From: Acanthaster planci
Lineage: Eukaryota
Direction: 5' to 3'
Length of the DNA: 64,000 nt
Assembly (NCBI RefSeq): GCF_001949145.1
Contig: NW_019091356.1
Coordinates: 4,136,934-4,200,933 of the forward strand
A model generated the notes under the pieces. That model saw only the letters and a program-made list of their open reading frames with translations. It was not told the origin of the DNA and made no database searches. Positions within the stretch are counted from its first letter, which is position 1. Every line of letters starts with the position of its first letter. Shown piece by piece: positions 27,769-37,209 of the stretch. Position numbers and translations under genes: made by a program.

Positions 27769-29321
27769 TCATTGATCAGGTACAATACTGAAATTGTCAC
27801 ATTCTTTGGGCCTCTCCAGCCAACGCCCTAGGCCCTCCGACAGAAATGTGGCTTTTAGGATCTTTTTACATTCTTGATAAGCCTCTGCTTTCTCCTTCAC
27901 CTCACGATAAGTGTTACCAACTTTGAAGTTCTGCTGAGGCTTTTCTTTGGAGACATTCCCTTTGCCCTGTTTGTCTTTTTTTGAGCTGCTACCTCTTTGG
28001 GGGGACTGCTTGATGGAACCTCCAGTGGTTTGACCCTTGCTAGAAGGAAACTTGTTCATAATGACCATGTAAGTAGAGAAGAGCTTCTCTTGGGAGACAC
28101 GAGATGAGCTGCCATCCTCTTTCAATCCTTTATCAGTTTTAATCACCTCGATATTATCCAAATCAATAATCCAGTTGATGCTGAAGTTTGGTGCTTTAGC
28201 AACCGGTGAGGCACCAAAGGGGCACTGGCTTGGTCTGCTGGTGCCCACCATCAGAGGTTTATTCAACTTGTAGCCTCTTGGTAAGTCTGGGAGGTCTGTG
28301 AGGCGCCCATACAGGGCTCTTGGGAGGTGATCAGGGTGGTACTGCATGCCCAAAACCACACTGGAGAGGTACACTGGTGCAATGAGGTGGCTCAAAAGTG
28401 CACCTTGAATTCCTAGGACATTCCAGCTGGCTACCTTGTCACTGCAAGTCATTGTAAAGAGGCGTTCAGGAGCTGCGGTGGCTTTGCCAGTTAGAGGAAT
28501 TGTGCTCTCTCCCTGCTTGATCTTGGCACGGAGGATGCCTCTAGCTCCTCTGCCAGGATGGACATCATTGTGTCCCATGTTGCGCTCCTCTTTGATGAAA
28601 CTTGAAGCATCTCCACAAGGGGGGCAGCTGATATACAGATGAAACCGGATTCCTTCCTTTAACTGCAGTATCCCACTGATGCCACCATCAAAGACGGATG
28701 ACCTGGGGTTCTTTTGGTACTCTAGGAGCTGTTCCATAAGGTACCTCTTCAGGCAGCGACGGGCAATGACCTCGGCATGACAATCATGAATGATTGTGCC
28801 TTTTGTGTGAGGCTCCTCGGCTAGAGGACACTTGGTTCCCGTTGCTAGGCAGACAACTTTCAAGCTTTCCACAGCTTCACCGTCTGACTGCACAATCCCG
28901 GCTAGCACCTTGTACTTCAGGTATCTATGCTGTCCATCATTGAGGGTAACCTCACGGAGCTTAGCCTCAATGAGGTTTTGGATGAGGTTGGCACAAATGA
29001 GAGCCTTCTGGGCAGACCAAGTAGAGTATAAAACACTCGGTGTTGGCCGAGTCCTGGCATATAGAAGCCCGTCATTATCAGGTGACTTGATGCCAAAAAC
29101 TGTAAGCAGAGCTTTCCGAGCGATTGCTTCTTTGGCTTCTTTTTTTTTCTTACCCTCTGCAGTGAAGATCTGCCCATCTAGCTGGATACTCATAACGTAA
29201 ACTGGCTCATGAGGTGGTCCACTCTTGTCGACCATGCTGAAGTCCAGTGGAGTGACAGTCATCTCATTTAGCATCTGGACTGGGTTCTTGTGAGAAGGTG
29301 GCTCAAATTCATCTTTTATAT
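27769..29321 (-). CDS. Single exon encoding one dsRBD plus an ADAR-type (ADAR2-like) adenosine deaminase domain; probable terminal exon of the upstream PACT/TRBP gene
   Basis: Acceptor ttctctttagttcctacag|AT at 29321, phase 1; (D)IKDEFEPPSHKNPVQMLNEM...GPPHEPVY...GKKKKEAKEAIARKALL is a dsRBD; deaminase motifs ATGTKC, HDCHAEVIARR (28771-28779), PPCGDA (28612-28620), TMTCSDKVASWNVLGIQGALLS (28435-28446), APNFSINW, YREVK..YQECK..GRWLERP. No stop for >500 codons; AATAAA on - strand at 27146-27151. Confidence 0.93.
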
Positions 29322-30366
29322 CTGTAGGAACTAAAGAGAATTCAACAAGGGACTCATAAAGAACGACAGATGGTTTTTCTTAGCCGTCTTAAAATTAATG
29401 ACTGCACAGTTAAACTGCGGGTCAGAAACAACTGCCAGTCAAAATGCTATTGAAATAGAAGTTTTGTGTTTGACCACGACACAAATACACAACCATACTA
29501 TTACACAAGCTAGGAAATATCAAGGTCTTTTTAATTCACTTGTTTGAATAATCTATAACATACTACTCAGCACGATCTAACAAGTTAGCTTCTTAAAAAG
29601 ACATATTTTTGACAGCATGCCTTAGAGGTTCAATAGATTTGCTCACTTGTCGGAATTCAATTTGCAAATATCTTTGTTGCTGCATCTCCCGCCCCTTAGA
29701 ATAAAAAATTGTTTTTGGAAATTTTTTTTAGTCTTCTTCAGACTGTAAAACAATGCATGCATGCATTGGTATTGAATTATCTACTGAACAGATGAAACAA
29801 GTTCATTTTAAAAAGTAAGGTTTTTAAAAAAGTAGTATCTACATCTATAAACAAAGGGGTTTTGACAACTGATATTCAAATTCTACAAACAACATACAGA
29901 TGACATATGAAATTGAAAAAAGAAGCCACTTTCTCTAACCCAAACAAGAAGAAATCCACATGAAAACAAAGGAGACAAAGACCAATCCATTGTCATTCAT
30001 TCATTCATTTCAGCAGCTGACAAAGCTTAAAATCTAGTCAAACCTCAAGGATGGAAGACCAAAGACAAACTGACTTGTCCAGCCAACCAGAACCTTGCAA
30101 ATCAGAGTTTACAGTTTTTATTTGATGAGGGTGTACTTTGTATACTTGCCAAAGATACACGATTGAAATAGAAAGCATGGAAAGGATCTCTCCAAACTAT
30201 ATGTACCTCAAAGAAGTTCTAAGGATGTATCTAGATAAAATTATGACATAAATAAAGAAACGCTGCAGCTATAATACAGGAAATGATCTGCATTATATCC
30301 ATGAATACGTTTAAAGAAGATGCTAATAGTTCGCATATTTGTAATTATAAATTCAAAGCTTAGTTA

Positions 30367-33300
30367 TCATGATTTACCGATGAGTGCATCGGGCGGTTTT
30401 TGAGCCATCATCTTAATGTAGTAGAGGGCATTACGAGCCGCGGTGGCATGAGCGCTGTCCAGCCTCTGACCAGTGCCATGACACACAGCCAGGGGCGATG
30501 TCTGTAATTCCACCAGGCACTGGTACTGATTGTTGGGGCCAGGTTCAGGGAGGTCAATGTATCTGGTTGCAAAGTTTTGTTCGACGGCTATCAATTGCAG
30601 TATCTGGCAGGATTGGGCATCTGCAAAGGCAGAAAGAGTTACTTAGAGAGCCAGTTTTGCTATAACTATTTTGACCAGCTACAAATGTTGACTGCTAGGC
30701 TTGCAGGTGGCACTTTTTCTGTCATTTTTGGTAACGATAAACATGTTTTTTAATTAATTCACATTTGGTTTAGGGTTTAATTGAACTATGGATAAAGATT
30801 AAACTTCTGAAGAAGTTAGCTGTTTACCCTTTTATTCCAAGAAAAGAGGGTAAGATTAGGGATACCTAAGTTAAGAGGAAGAAGTTGCAGTCAGTGTGTT
30901 TGTTTCTGTTTTCTAATGCAGATGATCAGCTTATAAAGCACAACCCACCAGAGTGACATCAGACTTGCAGAAATTTTTTTTGTGCAAAACATTTTGGCAA
31001 AGCTGTGCTAACAACGGTAAATTTACTTAATCCTGGGATAACACTTTCAAACAGTGAGTGTGAATCCTGCATGATGATGGAAATAGTTGTGCCCTTGAGC
31101 AAGGTACTTTACAATAATCATTTCTGACCACAGGGGAAAAAAGGTCCACTGTAGGTTGTTTTGGCTGTTCTGTTGGACTAGCTACAAATTTTAGTTTGAA
31201 GAAAAGTAATCAAGGCTGAAAGGCTGGGGCGGCAGAAAATAGCATGATCCATGGTCAAAGCGTTCAGCAAATTGATGGAAAATGAACCTGTTGGTATGAT
31301 GTTACATTTATCTTCACATGAGGGACAGCAGTGAGTGCATACATATAGATTTTTTTTTGCCCCATAAACCACTGGCCATGCTAAAATGAAGAATGAATGC
31401 TTAATACCACACAATGACGACACAGCAGACAAACACGACACAGGTAGCACTCGCTGGGTTTCTGCAATGCTTTTGAGCGTACTCTATACGTCACATCTAC
31501 ACATGTACACCAAAATGAAAGTGCAGACACAAATGACAAATGAATGGAATACTGGCAGGTGCATGGAGGTATCAGAGTGGTTCTGAAACTTAAAACGTCC
31601 CGGTTCTTTTGGAGGACCTCCATTGGAACTTTGCCTGTCCCTGCCAGAAACAAGTAGTTTTGTTGCATGTTTCCAGTTGGAATGAAGTGTCCTGGATTAG
31701 TATGTTATTCCATGTGAGGATAGTAGCTGTTCCATATCAAACCGAGCGGTACTCCAAGCTGGAAGGGAAAGGTCTCTGCCCAATTTCACAGAGCTGCTTC
31801 ACAGTATAGCAGAAAAGTTGTTCTTACTGTAGCAGAAATATTAGCTGGCCTCAAGCTCTATTTTATAGATGTGATTGGCAGACCTGCCAACCTCTTGAAT
31901 CACAAAACTGTATTCTGAAAATTCAAAAGTAGTATTTTTCATTAAAAAATTGTATTTTGCAAAAATGAGAAAAGGCCTATTCCTCCACGTGAGCGTTTTG
32001 ACCACTTGTCTGGATTGGGTCTAGTCCGGACAAGATTGCGGCAACACTTCTTAACGCAAAAAATAATCACATGAGAAATGCATTATCGAGGTTGAAGAGG
32101 GATATGGCCCTATTCCCCCTTTATTGATCACGTTTTCAAATTGTGAAATCTTGAAATGCACATCGCTAATCCAGGCTTTTGGAATTTCCTGGTGCTGAAT
32201 TGTCGCCTGCTCGCTGGCCGGCCGTAAAATGCCTCCCTCCTTTTTTCATTTCTGCAGATTTTTAACTTGAGGATCAGTCTTGTCAAAGATTGCATCCAAA
32301 TGGGACCCTCTTTAAACAATCCATACACAGGTGTTGTAATGGACACGTTGATGAGTCTATGTCCTAAAATTGTTTGAAATCTCATAAAAAACGATGCACA
32401 CGGAATCTGTAAAAGCTGTGCAATAATGTACAACACACTTTCCTTTTCCCCGCACCACTTGTCAGGCACGAGGCCTTCTATTGCGGTGAAAGCGGAAAAA
32501 TTAGTAACTTTATTTCAAGCCGCATATTTACGGAGGACGTGAAACGTGGGCTACATAAAATACTGGAGACTGTTTGTCACTACTTCCATTGACGCACAAG
32601 CAGCTTTAAAGAGTTCCACTAATGCAACATGAATATTGACATTTCATGGGCAGCCAATAACGTCGGATGATTACTGGATGCTGTTTACACATGAGGCTCG
32701 TACACGTGCATGCTTACCCTGTACTCACGTACATGTACATTGTACATGTGCAAACGTTCAAGGCTGTATATTTCTAGTATAATGTGCACTCGCAATCGTT
32801 GAACTACATTTTTTTTTCAGGCGTGTCAATATCGTCAAAACCCATATTTTATGGGGGAGAAAACGTACGATCGTATGTTCCAGAATTTCCCAGCTAAATC
32901 GTACCAGTTGGCAGGTCTGGCTTGTTGTTAACCAGTTGCACATGCATAGAGTTTTCTGTTGTTAAATGTACATCTTCTCTAGCTCAGTTAAGCAAATTTT
33001 CCTCTGAAGTTAGCATGCCTTTGGCTGTGCTTGCTGCTTACGTTCTCCATGTTCTATGCAAAGCCTCTGTGAGTGGAAAGCCAAGTGCTTAGCAATGCCA
33101 TGAAACTGGGCAATGGAGTTAGTGCAGGCACCTTAGGGATAAAGCCTGACAACTGCCAGAGCCTTCAATAGGAGCAGGGAAGCATTCTAAGTGAAACGTT
33201 GCAGGTGTTCAGAGTCATGAGATATTCCCTCAGAAGAAGTTTTCAGAAGAATAACCATCACATATCCTCATGATTATGGTTACGTAAGAAGAGAGAGGGA

Positions 33301-35685
33301 AGTTTCAAAAATAGGGTACCAACACAGAAGAGGTACAAGAGAAATGGGACCCACCTGGGAAGTTGAGAGGGTTGTTACGGAGTCTGTCGATGTTCTGTCC
33401 GACAGCGAACTGCAGCGAGCAGCCAGTTGCTTTGGCAGCTGGTGCATCTGCAGCCTGTTTCTTCTGTCGAATAAGGCAATACAATTTAAATTGTCATCAC
33501 TCACTATTTTTAAGGAAACTTTATTGTAATTTTTTTTGTGATCAGAGTAATTTTGGAGTAAGGCTGCACTAAGGAAAGAAAAGGAATTTAAGATTGCAAT
33601 TCAGAAGTTGAGTGAGAGGAAGAGAACTGAAGAGTGTGTTTCTGAGCAAGTAAGCACAGCTGGAGTGAGACTCAAATCAGGGATCAGGAATTAGGACATG
33701 AGTGGTTGTTAACCTTAAGTCCTCAATAACTTTGCTCACAATCTTCCTAAATCCTTCAAATTCTTCCAATGTGCATGGAATCGGTGACACAGTTTTTGTA
33801 CTTTCAAGGGCATCAAGCTCTATGCCCAGTAACAGAGGCTGGGCTCTACCTCCCTCAATATGGCAAAATCTGTTGAAACCTCTTGGTGGATTTTGGTGGA
33901 TCTGGTTGGGGCAGGTTAAAGGATTGCTGATGAACAACCTCAAACAGCTCACATGATCTTTGTCACGTGACCTGCCAAGAAGAAAAGACATGTCCAAGTG
34001 CCCGAAACTGGAGGTAAACATCAAGTCTGAACAATGCATCCTCATACACCAAGAATTGTAGCACTTGTACCTTGGACTTGGTGGTTCCGGGTTCGATTCC
34101 TGGGTCTGTATCTGGTGGCAAGGCTTTGATTTTTTCCAGCATAGCCTTGGCGGCTGTGCGCTTGGCAAGACGTTTACTTTTGTCTGTTCCTGTGGACACA
34201 GGGGCCAAGGAAAAAATTAGATTACAAACTATGAACGTGGAAGAGACTTTGAAACATCAGCAGGAAACTTGGCAAACGTTATCCAGTACCTTCATATCTA
34301 TAAACAGGATGTACAGTATAAGTCAACAACAAAATAGTCAACCTTGCTCTTTGAACTTTCCCACGGTGACTCCAATTACAAAGCTTCTGTCATGTGGGGG
34401 TCCTGTTTCTTCAATCTCATCATATTCCGGCCGCCTCCAACCGAGGAATGTGACTAGCTCTTGAAGCTGTCCCACAGGGTTGGGAGGATCAACCCTTGAT
34501 GCATGAACAGAAGGGAGGAAATAAAAATTTACAATTAGGAGAAATCAAGGTTTTTACTCACAAATGGTGTTCATCTCCAATAATTGAGAATACAGTGAAT
34601 ATTTAGGAGAAGTTACAAGACTGCAAAACAGATGTCCAGAGTTCTGTATTGACATAAGTAATTTTGCTTTAAACACCAAACAATACTATTTATCTTGTTT
34701 ATTATTAAATTCTTGATCATCAGAAAAAAATTAGGATATATTTTAACATGTAGATTGAATTGATGACTTTCATGCAGAGGGCATCCTGTCTGATGGACTC
34801 AGGAAGGTTCTTCAGCAAAAGTAAGGTAGGGACTAAGGAACACCATCCCACCAGTAACTGGGAAGCGAGGCTTAGAAGGGGTCTGGCGGGGGAGGGGGGC
34901 AAAAGACCTACGTTTCCGCTTTGACACTGTCTAGTTTGGGGATCTCCACTTCCCACTGTTGCAAGACGGCCTCAGCGGCGGCTTGCTTGGCGCTCTTCTT
35001 GCTCACTCCTTCTCCTGTGAAGGAAAAAGATGAGCGACAAACTCACATCAACGCTATCTCCACCGTCCATGAGGTAAACTTCAAAACATTGGAAAATTAA
35101 GATAAATATTTACTTTGTGATGTTTTGATAGCTACTTATATGAACTTTAAAATGAGAGACATTAAATACCTTTCCATCAAGTGTATGAACTGGATACTGG
35201 ACAAAATGGCAGAAAGATTTCTTGATACGAGGGGTACTTATTTTCCCCTAAATGTATCTATTAGCCATCTGAGAGCAATAACATGATCTAAAATGTTGAA
35301 TTTACCAAGGAAGATATTGAGGTACATGTACATGTAAGCCCTGTGCTTGCCGGCAGAAAATACTTGTGGAATTTTTCAGACCAGTCTCATAGGGTTGGTG
35401 CACAGGATGTCAAGTGGCGTTTGAACTTGGAATTCTTTCCAAACTGGCTTTCTCTCATTGCGTACCAGGAGTCAATGGACAGATGCAATGTTTAAACAAC
35501 TGGCAAGGTCCAACGTAGCTTGAGTTTGACCTACCTGTGCCTACTGTTTGTCCAGCTGTACAGTTGATGGTGAATTTAGGTTGGTGGGATAGGCCCTCCT
35601 GACTGATGGTGTTATAGATGGGTGTCATGCCCTGCCGAGCACAGTGCTCCTGCAGTATGCTGACTGCCGTCTTGCAGTTTGCCAT
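30367..35685 (-). CDS. TARBP2: PACT/TRBP family (PRKRA/TARBP2/loquacious-like) three-dsRBD protein, 295 aa in its short form
   Basis: Exons 35685-35535, 35014-34912, 34494-34343, 34189-34071, 33463-33355, 30620-30367; phases 1,2,1,0,1 all consistent. dsRBD1 KTAVSILQE..GLSHQPKF..SKKSAKQAAA; dsRBD2 NPVGQLQEL..GWRRPEY..GPPHDRSF..SKRLAKRTAA; type-B dsRBD3 YQCLVELQTSPLAVCHGTG..AHATAARNALYYIKMM. Likely co-orthologue of PRKRA and TARBP2. Non-coding exon donor at 36260, acceptor at 35721. Confidence 0.92.
31879..32919. mobile_element. Non-autonomous DNA transposon in PACT/TRBP intron 5
   Basis: Perfect 13-bp terminal inverted repeat CAGACCTGCCAAC...GTTGGCAGGTCTG; no clear TSD (GATTGG vs GCTTGT, 4/6). 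Confidence 0.7.
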
Positions 35686-35796
35686 CTTGAATGGGAGTCT
35701 GGTCAGAGGGGTGCGGAATGACTATGCATGAGAGGGCAGGATATGTTGAGAAATATTAATTACAATTCAAGAACTGTTTCACCATTGTCGGCATTT

Positions 35797-36115
35797 GGGG
35801 GGCCTAAGGCCTAAGTGGTTAGGGTTTGTAGTTTCCAATCATAGGGTCGGGGGTTCGCATCCAGCTGGTAGCAGCATGTTATGACCTTGGGCAAGTCACT
35901 TTACCTCTCTCCATTCAGGAGTAAATGGGTACCTGTGAGGGCAGACACGATAATGTTTAGCCGTTTGCGACGAAATGGCAGCATCAGGCTAATATACTCC
36001 CCAGAGAGCTGAGATGGTTTCAGGAATGTTCAGATGATGTGAGCCCAATGTGCAGGCATAATGATAATAAGCACGTGCAGACATTCCGTAATATGCGCTA
36101 TATACACGTAGTACT
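35797..36115 (+). mobile_element. tRNA-derived SINE
   Basis: A box-like GGCCTAAGTGGTTAGG, B box GGTTCGCATCC, CORE-like CCTTGGGCAAGTCACTTTACCTC, Nin-like CAGGAGTAAATGGGTACCTG, L2-like tail GCGCTATATA; lies in the 5'UTR intron of the dsRBD gene. Confidence 0.75.
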
Positions 36116-36329
36116 GTACTAGTGACTACCCACGTGATCAGGTCAGATGACAGATCCATGCATCCATCATGTCTACGCACGATGTGCATGTAATGATTGA
36201 CTTTTATCTTTAAAAAACGACAAAATTTTAACAAAAATAGTATTTTTGGCTTAACTTACCGTCCAGCTTCGTGACAATGTTGCTGGCAAGCAAGGAAATT
36301 CTTTCCTGGGCCTTAAATTCTGAATAAAA

Positions 36330-36560
36330 ATTACTCCTATTTTGTCAATGTCTCGACTTCGCCTTCGGTTTCTTATCTTACATCCGGTAACTTTATAAAG
36401 CGCCACCAAGAGACAAAACGCCGCCTTTTGGTGTCGACGCGCTGATTGGTTGATTACAATTTCTGTTTTTTCTCTCGTCTGCATCACATGGCATCAGCAG
36501 AAACCTTCATCACATTCACATGGGACGGGTAAATATGCTGCACATTTCCATGAACTTTTG
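36330..36560. promoter_or_regulatory. Probable bidirectional promoter for PACT/TRBP(-ADAR) and TACO1
   Basis: Between the - strand 5'UTR donor at 36260 and the + strand TACO1 acceptor at 37189; CpG-rich, CCAAT box CTGATTGG at 36442, ETS-like CATCCGG/ACTTCG motifs. Confidence 0.5.
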
Positions 36561-37209
36561 CTGTGAAATTTGTCTATCATGTCTCTAATTCTTTAGTTTG
36601 CAGCCAGTGACTGAGATAGCAGAATACCACAGTGTTATGTGAGTCGGCTTGAAATAATTGTCGGAAATTGTCATGGACGAAAGATCTGAGTTATTCCATA
36701 CATGGACATGATGGAGGTAGAAAAGACTCGATCTGGTTCTGTTTTCCTTCCTCCTTGACCAGACCCCTTCGTCATGGGTCTAGCACTGCTAGTAGTACTA
36801 GTATTACTAGGCTGGCCGCTGGGCTTCAATCCATTCATCCAGTACCAGTCCTCAAAAATATTGCACACATGGCTGATCGATTTTGCTTGCTCGGAGCGCG
36901 CGCAATCACGGACGTGACAGCTCTAGGCTAGGGCAGTTTTTAAATTTAAGTTCAGTGACAATGAAAGTACAAAGCGACTGTCCACTCAGAAAGCACAGGA
37001 ATATCTACCTGCTCTCCAGAATGGGGCACCATGCAAGCACACTTACTGTACAGTGTAGGCCTTTATGTAGTCGTCTAAGACTTTCAACATACATGACGGC
37101 GGCATTGACAGAAACTGACTCAATCATGTAGATTATAGTTTGCCCAATTGTAATGTTATCATCTTGCAAATTTGTACATTTACTTGCAGATTCCTTCAGC
37201 ACTGTGAAG

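Noticed and set aside
27769..29274. Stand-alone 501 aa ADAR gene starting at ATG 29274, or an inactive ADAD/ADAT
   Set aside because: That ATG truncates dsRBD helix 1 and a good acceptor lies 47 nt upstream; catalytic motifs are intact (unlike ADAD) and a dsRBD is present (unlike ADAT1).
31570..31830. Extra coding exon in PACT/TRBP intron 5
   Set aside because: Acceptor-like site present but the phase-1 frame stops after 13 codons and no domain similarity is seen.
35797..35875. tRNA gene
   Set aside because: A and B boxes run on into SINE body sequence; no complete cloverleaf.
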